Shown here: positions 1 to 12,800 of the stretch, in pieces
How the letters are laid out: each line of letters begins with the position of its first letter
Position numbering within the stretch: position 1 is the first letter of the stretch
Source: Pocillopora damicornis
Lineage: Eukaryota
Assembly: GCF_003704095.1 (NCBI RefSeq)
Contig: NW_020844806.1
Span: 124,001 to 188,000 of the forward strand
Reading direction: 5' to 3'
Length of the DNA stretch: 64,000 bases
The notes under the pieces: model-generated
Told to the model about the DNA's origin: nothing
Databases searched by the model: none
What the model saw: the letters and a program-made list of their open reading frames with translations, nothing else
Made by a program: the position numbers and the translations under genes

Positions 1-3000
1 CTCAGTGGAACCACGTGGTCATTAACTCTTAGTGTTTGTTCCCTAATTTTAAGCATGTGAAGCACTAGGGCGGCTGACAAATAAAACAAACCACCCTCTT
101 AAGCTGATCTCTTATCGCCAGTGACATACATCACTTATTCATAATGTCAACCCAAAAGTATGTTATTATAAGGTGTGATGACGTATGTACATGACAAGGA
201 TAATACCTCTAAACCACGAAAACTCGAGAGTCTCTTTCATTGCTTTGGTTTAGGACTTGATGAAAAGTCCAGACAAGATCTTTGATTCTTGAACGGAACA
301 GCCTACTAAAACTGAACTTCCGAAGAGAATAAAGCTTGGGTGATCCAATGACAAATCTTTGCTTCTGAAGATACTCATATTTCTCCCCAGGAAAAAATAA
401 AGCTCTTTCCTTGAACTTAAAGGCTTAAAAGGATACCATAAGATCATGCACTAACTGACTCTTCATGTCATAATTATGCCCAACCCGCTTATCTTCACAC
501 AGAAAGTAGTTATTCTGGTTTCGAGACTGTTATATGAATTGAGCGTTCACTGTGCATTTATGAAAAGCAAATTCCCACGTTTCCCTTTCCGCGTCAAGCG
601 AATCCCCTCGTCATGGAGCTATAAAGATCTAAAATGACGTTTGGTTCAAATATTGCATGGTGCAACAGAATCCTGCAGTGTTTTAAACAAAACACTTTTT
701 CAGTACTGAAAACAACCACAAGGTTATGGCCACCATGTAAAAAATTCAAATACGATGGCTTAACTTTTTAATTGATCTACACTTTTTATGTGACAAAAGG
801 GTCTACTTTGGCGCCCTGGAATAAGTGTTTTACTTCGCACATGGTCTACATTCGACAGGCGCCAAGTTTAACACGTAAACAAACACCAGTAAGCAAACAG
901 CACCTCCTTATCGATTGTTTTGACTTTCAAAAGGTTGCGACAGGCGGAAACTATTATGTCAGTTGTATTTTTGCGGTTCGCTGCCGTAGGGCATTGCGGT
1001 AACTGAGTAAACAAGTCCGGACTTTATTTAACGTTCACATCAAAGTAAACCGGAAATGCTTTGTTTAATTGTTAAAGCGAGGAAAGACATACGAGTCAGG
1101 GCTTATTACTACCAAATGAGACTCATTTGATTTTGCTGCTAAAGAACAGATTAGATTCATTTGATATCATTGTTTCCCAAACTAGCTAAAAACAATATAT
1201 TTTCGGAATCTAGAAGAGGACAGCACATTTTCCCTAACAAAGCCTTAAGCTTCCATAATTTTGGCAGTAAATTTGGCGACTTCCTCACTGACTTTTATCT
1301 CATTATTTAAAATATAAAGTTTGATAACTTAAAAAATCTGTGAGCTTAGTAACCTTGGTTAAATTCTGCAAAACCCCATTTTCTCGGTTTTCCAACGCAC
1401 TACTAGTGAAAAATCTCGTCCAAGTTAGTTAGTAAGAGGGTTTCTCTTAGGCGCTTATGCTATAGAAAGCAGGATCAGCTTGGAATGCAATGGATCACAA
1501 CGCTCGTGAGACTTGATCTCTCGTAGATTTAAAAAAGTAATCGTCCGAAGTGATTTTCATCAAAAAATGCTCGATTCGCCCTGGTGGAAGCTTATCATGG
1601 CGAATACTCAAATTTTTGACGGTAGTGTAACGGACATGGGCTTAAGATGCTAGTCTACTTTGTGTCCTCTTCATAGTGAAGTGCAACGTCAAACAAATCA
1701 TTTGCAAGGAATATCTTTTTAAATCCTAAATAGGGCAAACAATTTATGAGCAAAGCGGCAATATACAATATAAAGATAGCGAATGTCAAAGACCAAATAT
1801 GGTCTTACTCAATCTTACCTGTTCTAAATGTCCTTTGATTAGATGGCATGGTGGACCATCAAAGTTACGGACTTGAGAGTAAGCTCTTCCCAGAACGAAG
1901 ATGAAAGAAACTGCGATGCTGAAGACTGCGATTGCAAATACAGACAGTAGGAAAGAGAGCGGCGTCCATGACAAAGAGGGCCACTCGAGCACTACAAACA
2001 TTTTTGATAGAAAGATTGCGTGCGGAGTACTCCGCTGACACTAATCGTTGATTAGTGAGAACGCCAACAATTACCTAAAAAGACGAAGATTACGAAAAGA
2101 GCGATTAACTAGGCTCAAAAGAATTGAAGGTGTGCGGTATCTGTTAAACACTGGTACATTCTTGCCGTAAGGGAAACTGTCTCAGCGGCCCACGTGCGCT
2201 TATCACGCTCCAACTTTCGATCACTCAATGCCGCTATCGCGAAGGCGGACAAACGAGCCATAAGATAATGGGTATATTTGATTTTCTAAGAATGTTAAAT
2301 CTTTTTAATTAATACCCCTTTCTGTCAGCATCTGGTTCCTACCACTACCTGCCTAATTAAGAAGTGAATATTAACCAGATTGAAATTTGTTTTCAACCTA
2401 CCTTATGATCGCTGGAAAAAGCGACTCCTTGAAACAGACAACAATATTGCAAAGGGAAGTCGCTCGCAAGCCTTTGAAAACCTACACTGATTGTACCGTG
2501 CGAGATCAAGGTAGATGCTTTTACAACGAGCTTCCGCTGAGAACGAGGCGGCGGAATTTTTGTTTTTCCTTGTCAGAAAACGTCTGGAAATATTCCACAT
2601 CCTAGCAACTATGGGCGCATTCCGCATTACGCACGATCATTGACCACGAGGAATGCATTATATGTTTCTGTGTATCTTGCGACTATGTTGTGAGAGGAGA
2701 TTAAGTTTAGTATCATGTGTCCGCACAGCGGTTATGTTTGATGCTCAATGATTATTTCTTTATTGACGATCTATTATTAAGTCAGTCATAAAAGAAACGT
2801 TGAGACAGAAATAGATACATAACACAGTGATGTCTTTACATAGAACAACGAATGCTTTTCTGTTTTGAGGTTTGTAATGTCAGAATCACGTATCCATTCC
2901 TTAGAGCTTGACCCCTCTTTGAAAATGACAAATCCTTCAAGCCGCAGCCGATGGCACTGGTATTGATGGAATGCGGTAACAGTCGTTCGCACTGAGATGA

Positions 3001-5649
3001 AAATCGTAAGTGATATCTTTAGGTTGTTTTTGAAACCTCTTTAAGGTCCATGACCTCCCATTAAGCTCAGATTATAAGTCTGGTTAACTAAACATATCTC
3101 ATATCTATGTTTCTCACGCATTTTTTGAAAGTATGGTTTATGCGGTTTTGGTATCGTAACGTTTAAAGGGTTCTCATTAGTTGCCTATAGTTGCATAAAA
3201 TAGTGTAATATTTTGCGCCAATTTCAAGCCTCATGTTTCTCAACATCTTGAAGATAAATATAACCAAATTTGATCCTAGCATTTGGTGAACTTAAGCAAA
3301 AATATCTTGCGTAAGTAATAATCCTTATTGACCGGCTGATTTTCAGTGGATTACATATGCACCTTCCTAAACCTTATTTTCCCTGATGAATTCAAGTTGC
3401 AAATTTACTTAGGGTTAGAAAAGGAATACGGAAACACATTGAAGGGAAGTTCTTGTCACTTTTCAATTTCAGTGCTACGATATCAGTCATGGGAAGTGGC
3501 TCAGTTTACGGTTCACAGTTAGACCAACCCTAACAAAATGCCATAATCCCCCTAAATTATTTATAAAATTTACATCAGTTTTCTAAGGAAAAAAAAAAAT
3601 TATGCATTAAAAGTAACCTGGAGATTCGAGCCGTACTGAGCCAACTTCAGAGCAACGTTGTGTTCGAACACGCTTAACTGAGACAAATGGCCTTGTTTTC
3701 TGCGTTTAAAGCTTTAGCAACACAGACGGCCATGTGTCTACGACATTAGCCAGGTACTTTGTCAAATCATTGTTTACCGGCCTCCTTTAGTTTTTATAGC
3801 CGAAATTTAGGTGATTCCTGAACAACCCCTCCTTCAGACAGTCTTTTTGATTGATTTGTATCAGCCTTATTTCGATTCCGTTTCCAAATGAAGATCTTTT
3901 TACCAAGCTCCTCGACTATTCTGACGGATGGCATTCCGACATGTATCTGAGAATCATGGGATGGACTTGTTCATAACAACACGGCATATGATGAACAATG
4001 TCTGCTTTTCACTAACAGTGGCATTTGTGGTTTTCTAACTACTTAGAGGTTGTTGCACTTGACTTAGTAGCTCTCTAACTTTGATTGCATTTTTAAGTTT
4101 ATTTTCTTTATCTAACTGTTGCTGCTGCTTTCAACTCTTTTTTTGCTCGAATTGGTTGTAGTGTAATGCTTTGCTTTCTCTCAATTTTCCTATAGCAAGG
4201 AAGTCTTACATCGGTACAGCTGAGATCTTGTATTAGGAACTCATCTATAATCATGAGCTTTTTGACCGATTCTAGCTGAATGAAACGAGTGATAATCGCC
4301 TTAAGCCGGCTTATTCCCAGTGTTATTTCTTCTCACTTCAAAGAGGAAGATAGGCTATGTTCGGCATCTCCTTGGGACGAGATGGAATTATCAGGCATGA
4401 CTGAATAACAATGCTTTCCATGTGTCAGTTTCGAGATTAGATCATGCCACTCAATATAAGGATCCGCAGGCTTCATTCGAAACAGTTAGACGCTCCCTTC
4501 ATTTGCTTATGCTACAAACTTTCTTCTGGCGTCGAATTGTTTTAACCATAAACGATGCAATTTAAAATTGCATGTGCTCTGTTAAGGGCATTATTTATTA
4601 CTGTGATACATGTTTTTTTTTCTTTCACCATGGTGATTCTGTACAAGAGTAATCTGCTCAACCTATAAACTCGTCAATTTTGTTTTAAATTGACTGTGTC
4701 CTACTCTACTCCAAATCTCTTTAGGGATTGCAAAATCAAGCCATACACTAGCCCTGTTTGAATTTGATCAATCACTAAGTAATTGAACGGCAATTTTCAG
4801 TTGCTAAGTTTTAAGATGATAATCACTTGGGCGCTTGATTGGCTAAAGTAAGTCTCTGAGATCGTCATTTTCCGGTCGTAACCACAAAGTTATCTTGCGG
4901 GTTTGCCAGCGCTCGAGAGTTTATCTTAAATCTTATGCCAAGCCAATTTGTGAAATGGAATTAATTTGTTTTATCACGTAATACTTGCTATAGGTATTCT
5001 CGCTTTGACTGGGATTTGTGCATGCTGTCTTCTGGCGCCGACAAGAATAAGTTTGATGAACATCATCTTAGTGACTGCCTTAATTAGCCGTAATTACAGT
5101 AAACAAACAGATGTTTAAAGAACTCGTGATCGAGAACACTCTTAAATTTGCAAACTATGTCAAAATTGGAAAGAATTCAGAGGATCCCTCGTATCACAAC
5201 ATGTAGCTCACGTCTCATCATGAATCTTAACTGCGTTTAACGAGATGTTACGCTATCACTCTCAGAAAATGACATAACCTGTTGGAAAGCTCACCTTAAA
5301 ACACGTTTTCCGCAATGAAAAGTCAGTAGAAATATGCGACTTGGACTTTTGCCTGTTGAGGTTGGGAACATTAACCTCAAACAGAACATATGGAATCAGT
5401 CGAGGGAAACTAGATAGCTGTGCAGAATTTCGAAAGAAGTTTCTAAAAATAAGTGCCGCTTTTTTTTTTTCTTTCCTTTTTAAATCAGTAGGCTCAATAA
5501 AAAGATTATAACGACAACACTTGAAAATCAACATTAACAAGAGCAAACAAAAATGACTAAGCACGCAGGAAAACCCACTTTTCGACGCATGAGAGCCAAA
5601 AAAAAAATTCCCCCCCCCCTTATTTCATATTGAGCGTTTTCTGGATTAA

Positions 5650-6270
5650 GGGAAGGTACGTTTTTTCTTGGGGGGGGAGGGATGGGGAATTTTGGTATTT
5701 TTTCCAAAAGAAAGTGTTGGCCCTCCCTCATGTTTTGATTAAAAAACTCCTGGCCCCCCCCACTTTTAGGTGACTGACAAAAGTGTGACCCTCCCCTCAC
5801 TACCACATGGTATGCTCCATGCCATAGAAACCTCAGAACATTTTTCGACATTTTGCTTGTAAACGCAAAATGTTTGAATATGAATAAATCTCGATATTGA
5901 ATATGTGCGCGCTGAAACAAGAAAATGCGAACGATCAGTGTGGGATCCGGGCTTTACTTTTTTTTATATAGATGAAGTTTTAATATGGAAGTATAATATA
6001 CATGCAGACACCCAGTAACCTTGTAAAACTAGTATCTGCACCGAATTAAAAGATACAAGTTGAAAAGAAAAAACTTAGTCTGTGAAAGAAAAATGGAAAA
6101 TAACATCACAAATATCTCCATTAAAAATTCTGGAAAAGGTGTGACCCTCCCCTTGAATAGCGGAAAAGAGGGTATGGCCCTCCCCCTTTGTTGCTCACTT
6201 TCACTGATGACCCTCCCCTCTGAGGCCCCAGCCCTCCCCCCCCCTCACCCAAGAAAAAACGTACCTTCCC
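5650..6270. mobile_element. MITE, PIF/Harbinger (Tourist)-like
   Basis: TIRs GGGAAGGTACGTTTTTTCTTGGG (5650) and CCCAAGAAAAAACGTACCTTCCC (to 6270), TAA on both flanks (5647-5649, 6271-6273), repeated internal TGACCCTCCCC motif, no credible ORF. Confidence 0.85.
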
Positions 6271-8297
6271 TAAGTAAGAAAAAGGGAGAACTCGAAAACT
6301 GCATGTTCTGCAATTTGTTGACAATTGAAGTATTTAAGATAATTTGCCTTGCAGCCGACATTCAGATCGATTCTTAAAGCCTCATTATAGCAGATTATCC
6401 AAAACCACGAGTACTGGAAAGCCGGTTGTCGTCCAACTTAATGCCGACCTCAAGTTTCAACTGAATCTTATTAGATACAAAACTTGGAAATACTGTCGAC
6501 AAAAACACGAAAACTGCTTGCGAATACGACTATCCGTCGTTTCGAGACCTTGTGCAATTAACCAATAATATATCTTATATTATTGGTTTTCGAACTTCAG
6601 GTTAGTGGTTTTGATTAAGGAACGAAAAAATGCAAACGATACAAATAAAAAAAAACCTAAGCAAAAAGTACTTCGGCTGATTCATGTCGTTTCTGACACT
6701 ACTCGTACTCCAAGAGCTTCCCTGAAGTAAATTCAGCGACTCAGTCCATAGGCTGATTATTTGTGCCATTTCAAAATCTGGATACGAAGGGGATTAATCA
6801 CTCAACCAATGACCACTTACTCATTGTCTTCGTTCCGTCCTGAAATACATATGGTCACTGCCACAGAACCCTTCTTCACTTCTTCAATATTCTTCTTTGG
6901 CAGCTCGCTGCTCACCCAGGTTCTGTTTATCTCTTAAACGGGCTTATATTACATTGCGATCATTTTCAGTGAAATAAAAGATTTGTTCCAGACTTAATGT
7001 ACTATGAGAGAGCAATTTATAACATATGCTGTTCACGTATAGTCCCCAAGAAACACAATTAACCAACTGACGGGCTACGCTAAACAAACAAAAAAAGACA
7101 AATAGAAAAAAAGGGAGAAGAAATTAGAAGCCAGTCCTAGATGCTACCCGCCGATCGATAATTGAAAAAATCAACGCGAGAGCTCGGCAAAAGTGAAATT
7201 TTGACACAAACAGACTAATCTCACCAAGCAAGTACTCAGTTAAACTCATTAATGCAAATAACTTATCATTTGGGTCAAAATCAACTTGACGCTCTGCTTG
7301 CCCTTACTCTCTATAGAAGTTGAATATATTTTCCTAAAAACACTAATTTTTCTACAAATGAATATCAAAATAACCATGCATCAATAAATGGCTGTATCGT
7401 CGTCATTGTCATTAATAAGGTCAACACATTTAGCCGTTTTTGCGGTCGAAGAACGTTTGACAGTAGTTCAGATAATTTCCTCGAGGCAAACTCCGTGATA
7501 TCAATTTATTGTAGTGTACTAAAGCGCACGTATGACTTTAATTTTCCTGTTAAACTTTATGAGATCAAATGCTTTAGAATGTCTGATAACCTTTAGGAGG
7601 CGTGGTAAGAATTTCTGGTCGCGTGCCGTGTGGTTAATTGAAGTGACAGATGTTGTTTGGCTTCTATCATCTTTGATTTGCAAGTAAACAGGAAGAAGTT
7701 AGGAAATATTTAGCTATACTTCAAGCCTGGTTCAGACTGGTTTGCTTTTAGTTTAAAACCGTTTTCGCTACCATTCAATGTGCTGATATTTGTCAGCAGA
7801 ACGGCTTTATTGCAGTCAGAAGTTCAATTATATCAGCATGGATTTGATTAAAATACTTTTTAATCTACACCAAAGTACATCGTCAACGCACGTTGTCTGA
7901 ACATTTGGCTTCGTGGTTCAACCAGGCACGCGTCAAACTTGTGATAAGGTTATCAAAACGAAATTAAGTTGTAATCAACCTTGAGTAAAGATAAGGAATA
8001 TTGACGACAAATGTATTATTAGTACAATACAAACTGGACGCATATTCAGGAAATGGAAATCTACTATTACTGAATAAACTTTAAGGTTCATTCAATCAAC
8101 TTGATGATAGAATGATCCTTTAAAGAATCTGCGACTATCCTTGAATTACCTCTTCACTTAATTTTCGGCTGGGAGCTGTTCATGAATTTAGTTTCTGAGT
8201 GGCGAGGCTTAAGAAACACAAGTGGTGAGAAGAAAGTATTCTGAAAGTTCATTTCTCCATACAGAACATGTGTAATCTTTCTACACTCAAACGCCAT

Positions 8298-8385
8298 ATT
8301 TGTCGTTAAAGGAACTCCATCTCTGCGCCACGTTAGATAATAATTTTTCGTTAGAGGAACTGCATCTTTATGCCACGCGAGATGC
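8298..8385. repeat. Two imperfect ~49-bp tandem copies
   Basis: TCGTTAAAGGAACTCCATCTCTGCGCCACG followed by TCGTTAGAGGAACTGCATCTTTATGCCACG. Confidence 0.6.
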
Positions 8386-9864
8386 ATTTGAATCCATACC
8401 AATTTACGGCATTCAGATTAAAACAACTAGTATGGTTGCAGCAGATGAAATTAAATTTATTACAGCATGCGAGAATTTGCAGACGTTTAGCGAGGGCACG
8501 GAAGCACGAGTGCAGTTGGTGCGCCGAAGAAAATTTTACAAGAGCCATGAGAATATCAGGGAGACAGTTGATATCATTTAAGTTTCCCTTTTTCCTGGAT
8601 GTTTTTCGTTCCAGTTTAATTGAAACGCTCAGGTGCTTCCTGTTATCTTCACAGCAGGTATCACAACAGTGCTGAACAATTGCCATATTTGCACGCAATG
8701 GGCAAGATACGCAACCAAACACGCAAAGTGGAAAGGTCTAAATACTTAAGTAATTTAATCCTGACTGTTAAACCACGTTCTAGCAGGTTTTCAATTTGTG
8801 ATTATCTATGAACGTCATCATGCTAAATATATCAAGTCTTGGCGAACCTCATTGAATATATCCTTAGTTAGTTCACAATCAAGAGATTATTATTTCTCGC
8901 TCACGATTCATTCGTCTCTTTAGTTAACCCAAAGAAGTACATCTCAGTGTTCAAGGCTGAAACCAACAACAGAAAGTTTCGTTTTGTCATGAAATGTATT
9001 AACCAGTCAACAACAATTACTTACAAAACCATTGCCGAGTTCCTATTTTAGCTAATTACAAACCAGCTCTTACATACATACGCGGTTTTCTTTATCAATT
9101 TTTTAGCATTTTTTTGTTAGTTAACTAAGTGCTATCAGTCTTTCCAAAACAGGACCCCCTCTTTATCATGAGAGGTTTAATCTGTGACAGGGTAACTCAA
9201 AAGAAAAGAACAGGTAGCTTTCACTCGGGTGACACAAGTATAAAGGGAATAGCGTATTATTTTGCGAAACAAGAGCCATGCATTTATCCTAGCTGCTTGC
9301 CTTATACATGTAGTAGACATGTAAAAAGCAAATCTTTACAGTTTAATTAATAGGCAAAATATATTGAAGTTTTTTTTTAATCCTTCCCCTACAATTTTTT
9401 TATGAAAATAGCAAGCCATGCAGATTATCAATCCATCATAATCAATTTTTGATAATCAATTCTGACATCCCCGGGTGTACCGGTGTGTAGGTCAGTCCAG
9501 AACTTTTATGTCTGCAATTCACCATCGTCTTGGGTGTTTGTTCATTTGTGAAGTTTCACTGATCTTCTTCTTACAACACTAAACACCTGCAAAACTTGTT
9601 TACAAATCCTAATCCTTTATAGGTTATTTCACTTCTTTTTTCTACTAAATTTGTTTTTAGATACCAATAAAGTCACCACACTAGATCACTGCTAATATGT
9701 GCTTTGCCTAAACTCAGCTCTATGCTGCTCTGTATCTAATAAAGAGGCCCAGAGTATTGCATTTCCTAAACAACCTTCAAGCTCTAAAGCTAAGACTTAA
9801 ACTAAAAACTTTGCCTTTTCATTATAGTTGGTGTCACTCATGCGGACTCAATAGCTGTCGAGCT

Positions 9865-12800
9865 TTACATCACCAGACAAGCCTCAGACGGCTGCTGCCT
9901 TGGTGAGCCAGCAGATAAGACAGGCATCATGATCACGTCCTACGAGAGAGTTTCATGAAAATCATATAGCTGAACTAAAGAACAAATATGTTAATAGAGG
10001 GGAGATCGTTGTAGTTTTAAAAATGAATCCGAAACAAACAGATAGACTAGCAAACAAAAAACCAAACAAACAAACAAACAGGACTATATGATCACGCGAC
10101 TGAAACTCGTGATCATCGGGCGAAAACAGTGCAACTTAAAACTAAGGCAACCTTTGATTAAGTCTTATGCTTATGTGAGCTCATAGTTTTATTGACTTCA
10201 AGATACCTACCGCAGGGTGGACAAGAAGATCATGCGCTCCTTCTGCACCATCTCGGTAAGTATTGGTGTTTCCATTGGGCCAGCGGACCTGCTCATAATT
10301 AGACGTGTTTACAAGCTTACAAGAAATGACTATTTCCACATTGACACTTGCAAAAATTAAATCGGGAAATAGCAAACTACACTACAAGCTTATGATTTGA
10401 CTTGTAACAATATGAGTCATTTGCTGTTTTTCTGGACTAAAAACGCGAAGTTAGAATTTTTTTTTTTAATCATAAAACAACTTCATTATAATTTCCAAAA
10501 GCACTGGTTGGAATTCACCTTTTGGGCTTTAGATTTCACGTGTAGTATCACGTGACTTTTGATGTAAACAAACCCCGAGAAGAAGAAGAAGCGTCTCTAC
10601 GCTCAAAATTGACATCTTTCTTTTGTTATTTATTTGATCGTTTATTAAGCAAGTTGTCATTTCGCTGCCGTTGAAGCAGATGCGAAGAATGTTACAGGAA
10701 GCGTTGCGGCATGGAATAATTAAACTAGTGCTGCGTACAGTGATGTATCTGATCAGGTATTTTCAGGGTATTTAGTGCGTAGATTGTCAGATAAATCCCC
10801 GTCCGACAGGAAATTAGTGCCCACGAATCGCTGTAGAACGTGAGGAAGCCTTAATTCCCGCACGTAATAATGTATCTGGGTGTGGATTTCCTTAGCTGAT
10901 TAATGTACCGATTTTTTTAACCCTAAGTAACGCAAATAGGAAATTCTGCGAAACTCAGAACAACCTTCAAGAAAAGTTAAACTTGAGAATGGTAGATCAC
11001 AAAAGTAAAGCTGATTTCAACGCAATGAGTGTGGCAGAGCTTAAAAAATATCTACAAGAACGGGGGATTTCAGCGAGCGGATACTTGAAAACCTCGTTAG
11101 TGGAAATCACCTCCGCAGTCGAAAAAATGGTTCTGCCAGTGGATCCAAATTTCGAAAAGGCGACGTCCCTGCTTTAGGGGAATTAATAATTCATGATATT
11201 CATATTCTTATACCCTAAAGACTGTTAACAGTTTTAACGCGTCGCCGCCGTTTGGATTGTACGACATTTTTAATTATTTGACTTGCTCTCCTGAACTCAT
11301 CACAGGCTCCACGCTCAGATCTAAAAGGGCTTTAACTGCTGCGTATTCCTCTGTCGATTTACCAGTTTGACGATCAAGCGTCAGAAGGGTGTTTGCCACT
11401 GATCGTTCAAGGCAAACTTTCATGCACCTCTCTTTGTCTGCTTCTCGTTCGCAAGATGCCTTTCGTTTACGAGTCGCGACACCCAGGCATGGTGATATAA
11501 AAGAATGACTGAATTAACTTACCCTTTCTTTACTAGCTTCAGCAGATATGGGATCAGGATCCTCTTCTGTTGGACCATTTCCACCGACGAAATGTAGACT
11601 ACAAACGTAGCTGTCCTTCGTGCACACAAACGAGTCACCTCGATGACATAACCTTATCCACCTTTACCTTCTCTACTTTTGTCTAACTGCCCCCGGAAAA
11701 TGGAAAACCTTGACTAGGTCGCCGTTAGCGTTTCTTACCCAGGAGTTGAAGTACCGTGAATCGTTTTTCAGGTGCCATGAGCTCATCTCTTTGTCGTAAC
11801 CATTATGTTTAGGTATACACTTACTAAACAACTGCAATCGTACACGTTCATAGATTTGAAATCGGTTTTATTTTTGGGAATCAAGGCCTCCTCACGTTCT
11901 ACAGCGATTCGTGGGCACTAATTTCCTGTCGGACGGGGTTTTATCTGACAATCTACGCACTAAACACCCTGAAAATACCTGATCAGATACATCAATGTAC
12001 GCAGAACTAGTTCGATTATTCCATGCCGCAACGCTTCTTGTAACATTCTTCGCATCTGCCTCAACGGCAGCGAAATGACAACTTGCTTAAAAACGATCAA
12101 ATAAATGTCAAAAGAACGATGTCAATTTTGAGCGAAGAGACGCTTCTTGAAAGTGGGAAGTTATTTAAGCGAAGTTCGGACACATGTGCTGCGAGCTCGA
12201 CTCAATGTCCGAACTTTCGGGGTTTGTTTTCATCAAAAGTCACGTGATACTACACGTGAAATCTAAAGCCCAAAAGGTGAATTAGTGAGATGCTCCTCAA
12301 AAACCTATTTACGTTAAGTTTGTGGGGAAATGGTCAAGTTGATAGTTAATTTCTCTAGAAAAAAATTGTGCAAAAAAAATCCTGTCTTTAAACTGCCCCT
12401 TAGATCAGGAGAAAAACTTCGTTTTCGTGTTAAAAAATACAGAACATAAACTATTGAGAGAGCAATGTGTGAAGCAAAACAAAAGAGAGGAAATGAAGCA
12501 GAAAAAAAAATCATAACCTGAAACATGCTAAATTCACCTTTGCAATTCCACTGCCTACGTGAAAAACGCGACCGATGTTCCCACTTCCTCCATCTTGATT
12601 TCCCCATTTCCAGTCTGGTCCTACAAATTAATAGAAAGTACATCTAAAGTCAAAGCAATTAATCTAAGTTCCCCGACGACTCTGCGATTGCTCTTTGTGT
12701 AATTGCAGCGCTTACTGTGGTCTTTAAATACCGTCAGGCCATTCTTCCTCCTTCTCCCTCCCTTTCCTCATTGAATTCATGTCCCACAATGACTGTAATA

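Larger units (their letters stand above)
10512..12283. mobile_element. Internally deleted DNA transposon with ~350-bp TIRs (ISL2EU/Harbinger-like), intronic
   Basis: 10512-10859 is the reverse complement of ~11876-12283 (AATTCACCTTTTGGGCTTTAGATTTCACGTG...); the right copy has a ~70-bp insertion. Termini fit an AT or AATT target duplication. Two convergent decayed ORFs inside. Confidence 0.85.

Noticed and set aside
5534-6377. ORFs 5534-5920, 6060-6377 and 6121-6324 sharing PPPxRKNVPSL-type text
   Set aside because: Translations of the MITE terminal inverted repeats.
8351-8722. Cys-rich ORF as a PHD or zinc finger
   Set aside because: Cys spacing does not fit a motif I can name, and there is no ATG start or splice support.
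10181-10210. Ending the VWA gene at ...VGILKSIKL*
   Set aside because: A GTAGGT donor at 10210 and an in-phase downstream exon ending in CaaX explain the sequence better.
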